NCBI GenBank assembly: GCA_964247055.1
Contig: OZ176057.1
Location: forward strand, 496,001 to 560,000
Source: Paragordius varius
Taxonomy: Eukaryota; Animalia; Nematomorpha
Direction of reading: 5' to 3'
Length of the DNA stretch: 64,000 nt
Shown here: positions 47,885 to 62,200 of the stretch, piece by piece
Layout: each line of letters begins with the position of its first letter
Position numbering within the stretch: position 1 is the first letter of the stretch
Program-made: the position numbers and the translations under genes
The notes under the pieces: model-generated
What the model saw: only the letters and a program-made list of their open reading frames with translations
Databases searched by the model: none
Told to the model about the DNA's origin: nothing

Positions 47885-50800
47885 TGTGAAAAAAATTTTA
47901 AAATTCTTTTTCATGAGATAGCTTATGACCAGCGTATTCATTTGCCGTAAAAATTTATTTGTTGACAACCGTTTTTGAAATATTGAAAGAAAATCCAAAT
48001 CAGCCAAAAAGTTAAAATTAAGGATAATTAAGAATAATTCAAATAACCAATAGGTTATATTTTGATTTGAAAAAGATAATTTAAGCTGTATATATATAAT
48101 TTGTTTTTACTCTTTTTGTACAAGTCCTTACTTCCGTTTCCACCGACCCAATCTCCAAGTTTGTTAACATCAGAAGTTACTACAATTCCAATCCTTGAAA
48201 CTTTTGAGACTATTGAAACTTCTACAGAAAGTAATGTCCCAACTATTTCGCCGTCAAAGACTTTAGAAAGTGAGATACCTTTTACTCAGACTTCTGTGCC
48301 AGAAAAAACTCAAACAACACTACCGTATATTACTTTAAATTATTCCATTTTTTTATATATAAATTAAAAAAATTTACATTAAACACGCATATATATGATC
48401 TAATCTGTTTGTTTTAACTGTAAAAAGCTTATGGTAACCTCTAATTACAGGTGATAATATATTGCTAGTTTTTCATTCATAAAAGATTGGACGACAATTG
48501 TTTGGCTTAGATTTGGGGCATGTAAAATTTAGAACGAGAGCTAATAAAGGCCATTTCGATATTTTAAATGGCTCAGTGTATTGGATTTACATGTCTTTTG
48601 TTATGTATGATATTTTTCTATTTATTATTTAGTATTTAAAAGTGTTTTTTTTCCTCCCAATATCAAAAATGTAACTAATAGGAGCAAAAAATATCACACA
48701 TGGTTACAGATGTGTACATTAAATATATTTTATCCATTTTAAATAATCAAATGGCCTTTGAACAGAGGTGTAACTAAGGGGGAAGGGCTGATTAATGCCA
48801 TAGTTGAAACTACGCCAGATATTTTTTAAAAATATTAATTTTATGTAAAAAAATAGTTATTTAAAAGTTGTTCTTTTAACCAATACATAAAAAATTTACC
48901 CATTTATGAGTACGGTGCGGTTTGAATTAGAGTTTTTAAAATGCAAGGGGTGCCTGGGGGGAGGGGCGCCATCACGGATTGCACAAGCTAGGTATATTCC
49001 TATGATAGCTCTTGCTACTGTATGAACTTTTAGTTTTCACTTCTTACAGCCAATAGTGTTGCTTTTAAAGCTATCTGACAATATTTAATGATGAAAAACT
49101 ATCAATCTATATATTGCTCACACTGTATATTTTTGCATTTTAAAAAGATAATAATAATAAAATTTACTTTATAATATAAAATGGTATCTGAAAAAAAAAC
49201 TATCTATCATTCATATTTTATGGGAATAAAGTCCAGAAGAGGAACCCTTAAATCCTGTTCCACCTGTTAGCCCTAACCCACCAATAATTGGACCCAATGA
49301 TACAAGTAATGCTTTAAAATTAAATTTTAAATATTAAAATTATTTAAATACGTATTAAAGGAGCGTCGGTCGTCATTTATTGAACATTTTTTTAAATAAT
49401 GGTTCAAATTCATTGAAATCCAACTTCTTTGCGTTTAAATAATGTTTAAATACGGTTCCGGCACATCTTTTTTCTGTGAGGTTTGTGACCATATAAATTT
49501 TTAAACGGTTCCAATTTATAATATATTAGTTTGAATTAAAAATATTGCTACTTTGAAAATTTAATTAAACAAAATAATATTTATTTAATAGTTTGAATAA
49601 CATTGTTTTTAAAATTGAAAAAATATAGTTTGTCAAGATCCATTAGATGTGTTTCAATGCGATTCGGGCGAAAAAACTATCCCATGCAATCAATACTGCA
49701 ATGGTGTGTTAAACTGTGCTGATGGTATGACTTTTTTTTAATTATAAATCCTATATATATACCATTTACAAATCAAATTTATTAACCCTTGAACAATTCA
49801 AATTCACCCTTAAACAATAATTCACCCTAAAAATATATTATGTTTTCAAACTAATATAATTCACTTTTATATGATATATGCCGTTATGGCTTATTTTTTT
49901 TTCTGTATTTTTTTAATTTAAAACAAGATTTTTATTTTTTAAAAATATAGGTAATTTATAATCTTAAAAAAGATATATTTTGTTTGATGGTGAATTTGAA
50001 ATGTTCGAGGGTGAATTTGAATTGTTCAAGGGTGAATTTAAATCGTTTAAGGGTGATTTTGAATTGTAAATGGTATATATCTGTTTTTTAGAGTTAACTT
50101 TTCGATATTAATATATAAAAAGTTGCACATTTCTTTTCATAAAATATCCAAAAAGTTTAAACTGTTCAAAATTCGTCATATATATATATATATATATAGA
50201 TATATAACAAATGTAATAATATAGCCTATAGGATTAAAAAATTAACTTAAACCCATCATTCCTTAGCCTAAAGACCATTTGTACCTGAATGTGGTCATTA
50301 AACATTATATAAGTAAAAATTTATTGAATGTATTTAATTATTTCACCAATTTTTACAATATTTTATTGGACAATTTTTCATTCAAAATCAACATTTTTCA
50401 TTTTTTGGAAATATTTTTTTAATCCAGCAGTATTTATAACCTACTAAAATGATTAATGCTAAAAAACGATAGCCCAATTATACCATTGAAACCTGTAATT
50501 TACTCTCATGTTAAATTTACCCTAAAATAATTACGTTTTTGGGATTAATATACACCTTTTAATATAAACAATTTTATATGGATAGTTTAATATTTTTATA
50601 TTAATGTTAATATTATTTTTTGAGAAATATTCAAAAATCCCCGTAGTTTTTGATTAATAAATATATTTTTTAGGGTAAAAATGTTTTTGAGTGCGAATTA
50701 TAAATAGGGGGATATATATTGCAAATGGTATTTATAATAATTAAGGGGTCTGGAAATATGATTAAACTTTTTAAAAAGAACAAATAAAAATGGTTTTAAA

Positions 50801-53123
50801 TAATCTTACAATGTTACTGAGCTTTATATTAATTTTAATAAGTTTTCAACGTTTAAGCTTTCTCCTTTAAAAAATGCTAAAAAGTTAAATCTAAAAATTC
50901 TAGGTTCCGACGAAAAAGAAACTTGTAAATGTCGAGTTGACGAAAAAGTTTGCCGGACAGGAGGTTGTATTGAACAATTTAAATTTTGTGATGGAAAACA
51001 TGACTGTCCGCATCCTAACGATTTCAGTGATGAAATTGATTGTGGTAACAAACAATTTTTGATGAATGTTTTAATTTTAAAATGTATTTTATACAAAAGG
51101 GCCAAGATATTTAGTAAATATTTAAATTATAAAGACAAAACGCCAAAAAGTGAAATAAACAGTTTTTTTGATTACAATTGTTTTACCTATATGATTAAAT
51201 TATGATTTTTTTAAAAAAAAGATCTTTATTTGATTACTTATTTATTTACCGAGAAATTATTTTTGCACAATACGCTACTGTAGAAATAAATGAGAATTTT
51301 TTTTCAGTTGATAGCTCGTATCTAAATACAATAATTTTAATAAGACAGAAAGGAATACACACAAATGATTTTAAATGTAATTTATAAGGTAACACCATTA
51401 TTTTGAAAGGGTTTACTGGACTTTTCATGCCATTAAAGATGTAATCTAATATTTTGATTTATTTACAGTTAAAAAAAGGGGTTAACCATAAAAATTTTTA
51501 CGTGGCTTTCGTTTTCCAACTAAAAAATCTCAACAAAAATATTTGAGTATCATCTCACTTTAAGATTATAAAACCAAAATGGTTTAAATATAATTTTTAC
51601 GATATAAAGAATGTAAATCAATCGAATTCAAATGCCACAATGGTTTGTGTAAAGAACGCAGTGCCGTTTATTGCAATGGAATAAATGATTGTGGGGATAA
51701 CAGTGATGAACCAGAAAATTGTACTTGCGCAGGTAATATCACACTATATCATTGATTTTAAATCACTTCATTTATTTTAACTTTTCCATATAATTTTCTA
51801 ATATTAAGAATAAAAAATCTATAATAATAATTTTCAAAAGTGTCAAAGTCCCCAAAACTGATAAGCTACAAATAAAATTTGCTACATTAAAACTAGAAAC
51901 ACACGATTTTTAGGGTGTATTTGTAAAATCTTCAAGAGTTGCATCAAAGTATTTATGATATATGGTTTTTGAACAATATCGTCAATCGAAAATTATTTTC
52001 TAAAACTGTTCAACATCTAAAACAAATATATATTTTCCGCACCCACTTTATAGAGGACCAATTTGAATGCCCCTCCGGTCGGATTGATTCTGTGGAGAAC
52101 AATGGATTGGGAAAGTGTATAAGTTTACATCAAAAATGCGATGGCGCCATAGATTGCAAGTTAAAGGAAGATGAATTGAATTGTCGTAAGTTTTTTCTTT
52201 AAAAAATATTGGATTGACACAAAGATTTGAGCTATGAACACTTACAGAAAGACAAAAAAATCTAAAAATTGGCGTATTTTAAACCGGATTTGCAGTGGCG
52301 TACCGAGCATTTGCGGCGCCCGGGGCATAAGACTTTTATGGCCCCCCCCCCCCCCCCCCCCTTTTTTTAAAGGCCAATAAAACAATTTAGTAAAAAAAAT
52401 ACAAACGTTGTAACCAAAACACCATATATAAGACAGCACAGTCATATAAATTTTGAATCTATTAAATATATAAATTTCTATGATACTAAATTTATTCAAT
52501 GGTACTAATTAGGTGAATAATAAAGTATATATTATAGGGATTTTTACCTAAATTGCTGAAAAATCTCATTCGAAAGTTCTTATTATTTTTGCTTAATTAA
52601 AATTTAATTTTAAAAAATCTATTTGGCGCCCCTAAATAACGGCGCCCGGGGCATGATGCACCCCCTTGCCCCCCCCTCGGTACGCCCCTGCGGATTTGCG
52701 ATACAAAAAATAATTTTTTACATAATTTTTTTGTAATATTATTTTACATAGAGAAAATTAATATATAATATTTTGCCAGATCATATACCAAAATTTGATA
52801 TAAAATATAATCAGTAATGATGAATCAATATCAAATAATATTTTGACCACCTATAAATTTCGAATACCACAGATATTCAAACTTAATAACAGATCCGTAT
52901 CGCTCACCCTTTTATTTTTAAAAATATATATTTACGTTCACTTAATTTACGTTTTATTATTTAGAAATTTAATTTTAACAATTTGATAGCTTGTCCGGAA
53001 GATACACATTTCAGATGTGAAAGCGACCAAATTTGTTTAATAAATTCTCGTAAATGTGATGGTAGACCTGATTGTGAAGGCGGAAGCGATGAATTAAATT
53101 GTCCAACTCCGTCTGAAAAATAA
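44122..53123 (+). CDS. Type II membrane protein with Thr/Glu/Pro-rich mucin-like stalk and five C-terminal LDL-receptor class A repeats (EGG-1/EGG-2-like architecture), ~810 aa
   Basis: Exons 44122-44548, 46018-47123, 48125-48324, 49232-49305, 49629-49724, 50904-51044, 51610-51732, 52054-52185 and 52990-53123 (2433 nt, in frame). TM segment [21 protein letters not shown]. LDLa repeats end [31 protein letters not shown] and CEGGSDE. The frame is open a few codons upstream of 44122, so an earlier exon is possible. Confidence 0.85.
45040..45780. mobile_element. ~750-bp palindromic MITE (family C)
   Basis: Inverted arms around ~45425 (AAACTACCCCAATAA / TTATTGGGGTAGTTT; GATGTCCCAATTT / AAATCGGGACATC; TTTGCCGCCATTTTT / AAAAAATGGTGACAAA). 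Related segments at ~7150-7960 and ~17740-18130. Boundaries approximate. Confidence 0.65.
48763..49020. mobile_element. Degenerate GC-rich hAT-like MITE
   Basis: CAGAGGTGTAACTA start and TAGCTCTTGCTACTG end, with an internal GGGGGAGGGGCGCC resembling the 52293 element. No clean target duplication. Confidence 0.4.
52293..52690. mobile_element. 398-bp hAT-superfamily MITE with a perfect 8-bp target-site duplication
   Basis: TIRs CAGTGGCGTACCGAG / CTCGGTACGCCCCTG. CGGATTTG is duplicated at 52285-52292 and 52691-52698. Internal GGCGCCCGGGGCA repeats and a long C tract. Confidence 0.9.
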
Positions 53124-53962
53124 AATTTTGCCTTAAACTAAATCTCTCCCTCTAGATATGGATTTGCAATTATACGGACAAAACGTACAACCTAAAATTT
53201 AAAAAGAATACAGCCATATTTTTTTGAACCTTGATTTTCCCCAAATAAACTATCTAGTTACAAAAATTATATAATTGAAAAATTCTTATTTTTCAACACA
53301 AAATCATGAATTATATTTTGATAAATCAAGATTTTAAAATTAAGGTTGTTTTTTTACGCTTTGTCCTTATAATTTAATTTTCACTGTATATATAAATATA
53401 TAAAAAACTTGCACAAAGAACAAAATGCGATTTCTATTGTCACCTACCAAGAAGATGACATTAAAAATGGCGCATTTTTCTGTACATGCAAAGCTTTTTG
53501 AAATTCATATATATATTATTAGTAGAAAAAATCTTATTCTGCATCTTTGTATATACCGCAATATTTCTCAACAAATAATATATACATTATATAGTTATTA
53601 TGAAAAATCTTGTAAATGCAATCTTATAATTTTTATTTATTATCAATCTATATAATTATGCATAAAAACACGAAACAATTAATATGAAAAGCAATATATA
53701 TATTTATTAACAATATTAAATGATATTCCTTGATTATATATATATCATTCAATTATTTAAACCAAGTAATATTTTACGAGTTAAATAAATAAATATACAG
53801 TTATGAACAACCTGATTTTGCTGATTTTTTTTAATATATAAAAATAAATTATTAGGTATATCATAAAAAACACAGACCAATATATGCAAATGTATACAAT
53901 TTACAAATTTAGCATATATAAAGCCAAAAATATATAATTTATTGCATATCTTGGAGCTTTTT

Positions 53963-56900
53963 TTAATAATCATCTTCACTAAGAAGCTGATTAATAAAAG
54001 AATTGACTTTTTCCAAATCTCTTCTATCTAAGGTAGGAAATTTTGACGTTTTTTTTGTATGAACATTATCATTTGTTTTATGTGGCAAAATATTGTGTCG
54101 AAAAGCTGTAAACCAAGCATATAGTATACAGGCATATATGAAGCAATATTGTGAGGGCGTTTGAATTGCACCATATCGTTGTTTCCTTAAACTGGCTAAA
54201 ATGAAGGGGATATCACATTGACTTTCACTGTATTCTAGTTTTTAGGGTTCATAATACATTAAGCATATTATAAAAGGTAAACTTATTTCGACTTAATGAC
54301 TTGTTATAAAATATAATTTATAAAAAATAAAATTAAAATCCGAAATGACAAATAACGATAAAACCGCAACATAAAACATTTTTTTGGAGCCTAAATAAAA
54401 TTGTGCAAATAATTAAACCAAACCTCATTGAACCTTGAGACAATAAAATTAATTAAAACCTAAATCTATTCCGATTCAAGTCCCTGTCATATATAGATAA
54501 AACATGAAATAAATCAAATTTCTGACCGTTTTTTAAAGTGGCATTTATGTTGACGTTACATGGCGTTTGTTTTGTCGATAAAATTTGGCGAAGACCAATG
54601 TCTAAGGCTAAATATGTCCCTGTACGCCCTATACCTGCACTGCAATGAACCACTATAGGTCTCTCATAATTCACGTAACTTAAATTATTAATTTTCGCCG
54701 TTTCTGATATGAAATATAAATCGGGAAAATTGATGTGGGTCCAAAAATCGAGAAATGCATTCACGGAATGTGGGATACCAAAATCTGGCCAAGCTTTGTA
54801 ATAATAATGCTTGATGTGTTTCTAAATAGATGGGCATGCAAAAGAAAATTTGTTAAATGTTCTTTTAAGGTATTATATTTACAAACATAATTTTCAAAAG
54901 TATAAATGTAAAAATTTAAGCCTTTTTGCAAAAAAATAAAAAAAAACTGTCATTTATCCTCCTATAACTGAATACAAAGATAAATTATTTTTTTTGAAAA
55001 AAATATAAATACGGCTATGAAATGAAAAATGATCAATTTAAATTGGTTATAAAGACAAGATATGATTGTATCTATATAAAATTATATTTAAATTTTGACG
55101 ATATGTGATGTATTTCAATTTTTACAATAATCATAAATGATATAAGTAAACCAATATTTATTTCTATACCTTTTCATTTTGTTGTTGTAAATTAGTTAAT
55201 TCGAGATGTGTGAATATAAAATTTGGGTATTGCACATTTTCGATATGGCTTATTTTGTAAGGATATGAATTATAATCAGTGTTTAATTCTGAGGGCCAAT
55301 ATTTTTCACATTTAACTTTACCACGTTCTTTACATCTTTAATATTAAATAATAGAAATAATACAAAATCATAAAATATATTAATTTAACTTTACAGTAAG
55401 AATTTAGATTATACGGACAAAAAAATATTAATATATATATCATCTAAAGACAACCATATTTTAATTAATCTTTTAATAACCATTGTTTAAAATTGCAAAG
55501 TATGAAATAGACATATATTGGTAAAAAATTATATATTTTACAATTATGATTAAAAAGGTTAAGCGGCTTTTTAAAAAAAAATGTTGTCTTTATTACGATT
55601 TCTCCGTATAATTATAATTTTTAAGGTGCTATCTAACTTTTTTTAAATTATCTATCCGTAACTAAAATTAATATTTTATACAAGTATGGTTAAACTAAAT
55701 TTTAAAGATATACCATAACATGTGAAAGATTTATATTTGTTTATTAGGAATTAACCTATTAATCATCAAAAGGGTAAAATTTAAAAATTTGTAAAAATAA
55801 AGCATCTTAAACGTTGAATATTGTGAATTCTACGGTAATATATATACCATTTACAGTTTAATTACCACCTTGAACAATTCAAATTCACCCCTGAACAATT
55901 CAAATAAAAATAAATTACGTGTTATCGGGCTAATATAACTCATTATTACGATAATAAATATTTTTATGGCATAGTTTATTATTTTTTAGTATTATTTTAA
56001 AAAAAATTTATTTTTTTAATATATATATAATTTTTAATCTAAAAAAACACATAATTTCTTGAAGGGTGAAATAAAATTGTTCAAGGGTGATGCATTGTTT
56101 AAGGGTGAATTTGAACTATAAATGGTTAATTATTGCATCAATTTTAAACAAAATTTGATTTTTAAGAACATAAAAAAAATACAAGTAATTTTTAATCAAA
56201 AAATACACTTAATTTATTTTTTAAGGGTAAATTTGAATTTGTAAATGGTATATTTATATAAAAATAAGTGTTTATATATAAAAAATTAAAAAATATTACT
56301 TTGTTAACATAATTATGGTAGTTACATCGTATTGCCAACACATGTGCCAAAAATCATTGATTGTGCATGATAAGGGACCTTTTCCAATTAAATATACGGA
56401 TGGAAAATTATTAAAATATTTTTTGATAAAAATTAATTAAATTATTAACATTTTTAATTGAACCTAATTTTAAAAATTTAATAAAATGTATTAAGTAATA
56501 AAATAAATAGGCAATTCATAATAATTATAAATTATATTTTTAATATCAAACAAAACTATTATCACACAAATTTTGAATAATTTATAAAAAATAAAAAATA
56601 TAAACTATGTTTTTAACAGTAGACCTTTCAATAAAATATCCGAATAAAAAATATTAAAGTATATTTTGATAAGTTTTAAATAAAATTTTTAACTTTTTAA
56701 TAAAAAAAAAATTAAATAAATTTAAAATTCTATTATGTAAAAATTTAAATATACAATTTATATAAAAAATATACATTTTTAATAAATCAATCAAATATAT
56801 TATATCACAAATTAAAATTTATTTAAAAAAAAATAAAATATAATCTATGTTTTTAACAGTAGACCTATCAATAAAATATGCAGATAAAAGATTATTAATA

Positions 56901-59021
56901 TATATTGTGATAAAAAACAAATAAACTTTCATTTTAAACATAAAAAAAATAGGTTTTACTATAAAAAATTTTAATATACGATTTATATATAAAAAGCATT
57001 TTTAATAATAATCAAATTATTATCACATATTAAAACTTATTTAAAAAAATTTATTAAATAAAAAAGCATAATATATACCTTGTGTACATATATAAGTTTG
57101 CTCTTGTTGAAATCCATGGACCCAATTGGCATTTATATAATCATCATTAGGATTATTTTTGCCTGTTTTATGTAAAAATATAATGTTAATTCTAAAAAAA
57201 TTAAATAAAAATTGATAATTAAAAATCTAACTAATATATAAAATAAAATTAACATATCTAATTGGCAATATAATATGGAGAAAATTAAAAATTACACATA
57301 TTAATATATATTATCTACACCAATAAATTTATGAATCTAAATTAATTTTAAATTTAAAAAATAAAAAATTGCTAAATATGTTTTAGAGCGTTAAAAAGAT
57401 AAAAGGAAATTTTGCTAAGAGATCAAAATATTTATCTAAACTTCATAATTATAAAATCCAAATAAATATGTTTAAAAGAAATTTGTAAAAATATTAATTA
57501 CTAAATGTAAACTCGAAAAAAAATTAATAAAACGAAATAAATTTATACAAACAATATGTAATAAAATTAAAAGGTATTATCTATCGCTAATATACATTTT
57601 TTTAATTTTTTCAAAACTATATATTTTTTTAATCCAAAAAAATTGTTTTACGTTTTTAATAAAATTATAAAATTTTACTTAAAATGACTCGATTATATTC
57701 GAAACATGGCACATCTGTATATCGATTTTTGCATAAATTTTCCAGTTTTTGACAAGTTTTGAAAGAATAATCATTGAATAATGAGTTAAAATCATTTTTT
57801 GAATTTTTCAACATATCCTATTAAAAATATGATAATTTTAAAAATAAATTTATATTTTCATATAAAAAATTTAAATTTATTTCAATGTTATATACCATTG
57901 ACCATTCAAATTCACCCTTGAACAATTCAAATTCACTCTAAAAATAAATTATGTGTTTTCGGGCTAATATAACTTATCATTAATAAGAAATATATTCTTA
58001 TGGCATATTTTTTCAGTTATATTAATTTTAAACGTAGTTTTCTTTTTTAAAAATATTCTAAAATAAAGGTAATTTTTAATCTCAAAAAAACACATAATTT
58101 CTTTTAGAGTAAATTGTTTAAAGAATTTGAATTGAAAATAGTATAAATATTTAGCTTAAAATTTAAATTCTCATACAATCGAAAGAAATAATTTTAAGTT
58201 AATTAAAAAAATAAAGTAAAAACTCGAAAAACGTTCATAACGACAAATATTTTTTGATAAATAAAATCAAATCTTGATTATTATAAAATATAAATCATAA
58301 CCTAATATTTGTATGATATAGAGAGTTGAATATTAATAACACAATTAATTACTACTGTAATTATATAATTTATATAGTATACAGCGGTCTTGTTTTAAAA
58401 ACAAATATTTGTCTTTATATTTTTACGCCTTGTCCGTATATAATTTCAATTTTTACTGTAGTTTTTTAGGATGTAAATCACTGTTTTTAAGTTGAAACAA
58501 GATATGTATTTTGGTGACACAATCAATTAAATATTTTAGATTAAATAATAATATATATATATATATATATATATAGAAAATAAAGTTTGTAAAAAAAAGT
58601 ATGGTTTTCTTTTGAAAAAAAAATATTTATCTTTATATTAAGTTTTTTTGCATATATAATATATATATACCATTTACAGTTTAAATTCACCCTCGAACAA
58701 TTAAATTGAACAAATTCACCCTAAAAATAAATTATGTGTTTTCGAAGTAATATAACTCATTATTAATATGAAATATATATTTATGGTATAGTTTATTATT
58801 TTTTCAGTATTATTTTAATTTAATTTATTTTTTAAAAATATATAAAATATAGGTAATTTTTAATCTTAAAAAACATATATTTTATTTAAGGGTAACTTTG
58901 AATTGTTCGAGGGTGTTTTCGAATTATGGGTGAATTTGAACTGTAAATGGTATATATATATTAGCATTAATTCGTATTTTACTGATAAACTTACAAACAT
59001 ATCCTGTAAGATTTGTTGGAT

Positions 59022-59056
<35 letters not shown>

Positions 59057-59190
59057 CTTAAAAAATTTATAAAAATATATATTTTTAGCAAAATATTCAT
59101 ATTTTTTACTTATAAATTTATGAAAATATAATATTTTTAGCGATTTACTTTTTATAAACTTACAAATACATCCTATAAGATTTAATTGGG

Positions 59191-59244
<54 letters not shown>

Positions 59245-62200
59245 ATATATATTTTTGAAAATAAAAGACTTACAGACATATCTTGTGAGATTTGATTGGG
59301 TAATATATATATATATAAATAAATGTCAAATATTCCTATTTTACTTAAAAATTTATGAAAATATATATATATATATATATATACACCAAAATTCCTATTT
59401 TACTTATAAATTTATAAAAATAAAATATTTTTAAAAATAAAAAACTTTTGAAAACTTACTGAGATTTGATTTGAAACAATATTTGTTATAGTTTTCCATT
59501 CAGATTTCAACATAACATTTGCATTGAAATGGGAATCAAAATTAAAAGAATTTTCTTGGCAAAAATTAGCACCCAGTTTGCGCATAAAGCATTCAAGACC
59601 TGATATTTTACTATTTCCTAATCATATAGAAAAATAAATGTGTGAAAAAATGTTAAATTAATACAAAAAAATATACCATTTACAGTTCTAAATCACCCTT
59701 AAATAATTCAAATTCACCCTTAAACAATTCAAATTCACCCTCGAACAATTCAAATTCACCCTCAAATAAAATATATGTTTTTTGAGATTAAAAAATACCT
59801 ATATTTTATATATTTTTTTAAAAATAAAAATTTTGTTTTAGTTTAAAATAATACTGAAAAAATAATAAAATATACCATAAACATATATTTCATTTTAATA
59901 ATGAGTTATATAAGTTGAAAACACATAATTTATTTTTCGGTGAATTTGAATTGTTCAAAGGTGAATTTGAATTGTTCAAGGGTTAATTTGAATTGTTCAA
60001 GGGTTAATTTGAATTGTTTAAGGGTGAATTTGAATTATTCAGGGGTGAATTTGAACTGTAAATGGTATATATCGGTTTTTTAAAAAGAGTAAAATTTTTG
60101 GAAATTATCATAACTAAAAAAAAATAAGAAATTGTCAATATTTTGAAAAATTTAAAATTGTTTAAAAAAAATTTACTACTTCCTACAATTTTTATAAAAT
60201 AAAAAAAATACATTTTTTCAAAAATAAAAAATGAACGAAAACTTTATACTTTAACTTAAAATACATGATTATAATCCGAAAAAATAAAAAAAAACATAGT
60301 TTTTGGAGAAAAAATCATAAAAAGGTTGTTTCACTATATATTGCATTAAATTTATTAAATAACATATTTATATACATAATTGAAATTAGGATTAAATCAT
60401 AAAAGTTATATTCAATTAATTTTTTAAAAAAAAATAAACTTTTAAAAATAGATATATATATTAGCATTTTCATTTTCCTTTAAATTGAATAATTACCCAA
60501 TTTTGAAGCCAATAAGCTATCATCTTGGGGTGAAAAATAAGTAAAATTAGTGAACTCCTTATTATATTTAGTGGGTATTTTAATTTTCGCATTTTTGTTT
60601 TTTTCTTGACAAATATCACCATTTTGACCGGACAATTGATTTTTGCAATCTTCTAAAATTCAGAAAATTTGATCATAATTAAATAATTATATATTTATTA
60701 ATATTTGCATAAAACTTAAAATTTATAGTTTAACTATACCATTTACCACCCTTATACAAATCAAATTGACCCTTAAACCAAATTACATGTTTTTTAAAAT
60801 TAAAAATTACGTATATTTTTATATATTTTATAAATATTAAAACTTAAAATAATATTGAAAAAATAATAAACTATGCCATAAAGGTATATTTTATATTGAT
60901 AATGAGTTATTATTTCGAAAACACATAATTTATTTTTAGGGTAAACTCATATTGTTCAAGGGTGAATTTGAACTGTAAATGGTATATAATACCCAGAAAA
61001 AATTGAATTTCAAAAGCCGTAAGAATTTTAAACAATATATATTTTTTATTAATTTACATTTCTATTCCTCTATCAGCAATCGAAAAACCATAAGTTTTCT
61101 TTTTCATTAAAATTTATAATAAAAATATGGTATTTAACAAAAATTATTATTACTGTATAAAATGATAAAATAATAATTATGCTAAAAATTTAAAAAATCC
61201 CCTCAATAAGATTTTATATTATTTGATTTATTCATTTTATTAATTTTTATCCAAGGAAAAGGTTTTAAATTGGTTTTTAAAAAGAATCCAATGTTTTTTG
61301 GCAAAAAAAATTTTTAATTTAATTCACCCTTTAAACTTTCAAATTCACCCTTGAACAATTTAAATTCACCCTGAATTAAATTATGTATTTTTTGAAATTA
61401 ATAACTACCTATATTTTTTAAAATATAAATTTTTTTTAAATTAAAATAATACTGAAAAAATAATAAACTATGCGCCATAAAGATATATTTTATATTGATA
61501 ATGAGTTATATTAGTTCGTAAACACACAATTTATTTTTAGGGGCAATTTGAATTGTTTAAGGGTGAATTTCAACTGTAAATGGTATATATAAATTTTGAA
61601 TAAGAGTGTAATATTTATTTTTGTTAATGAAAAATTATTTTCATGATTTTTTAAAAAAAATTGGCACAAAAAAACTCTTTTAAGGCATAATTTTTAAATA
61701 ACTTTACTAAATCAAAAAACTCTATTACAGTATAAAAATTGAGATTATTTTTAAATCTTTTGTTTAAAATATAAAATATAAATGTAAATCGATCAAACAA
61801 TCAATTAGTATTTTACGATTGTATGTAAATGGTTTTTAAAGGACATATTAAGTTAAATAGGTATGGGGTTGACTTTTGAAAATAAATTATTTGTCTTCAT
61901 ATTTTTATACCTTTTTGTCCATATAATTTCGATATCTACTGTATATTAATCATTTACAATTCAAATTAACCCTTGAACAATTCGAATTAACCATAAAAAA
62001 TTATGTGTGTTAGGGCTAATATAACAACTCATTATTGATATAAAATATATCTTTATGGCATAGATAATTATTTTTTCAGTATTTTATTAATTTTTAACAA
62101 AATTTCATAAAAATATAGATGATACTTAATCTTAAAAAACATATAATTTAAAGGTTGTGAATAAATTAAATATTGTAAAATATTTTTATTATATAAAATC

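Noticed and set aside
52242-52499. ORF with a poly-Gly run
   Set aside because: Produced by the C tract of the hAT MITE.
60004-60213. ORF ending [14 protein letters not shown]
   Set aside because: Translation of family B 21-bp repeats.
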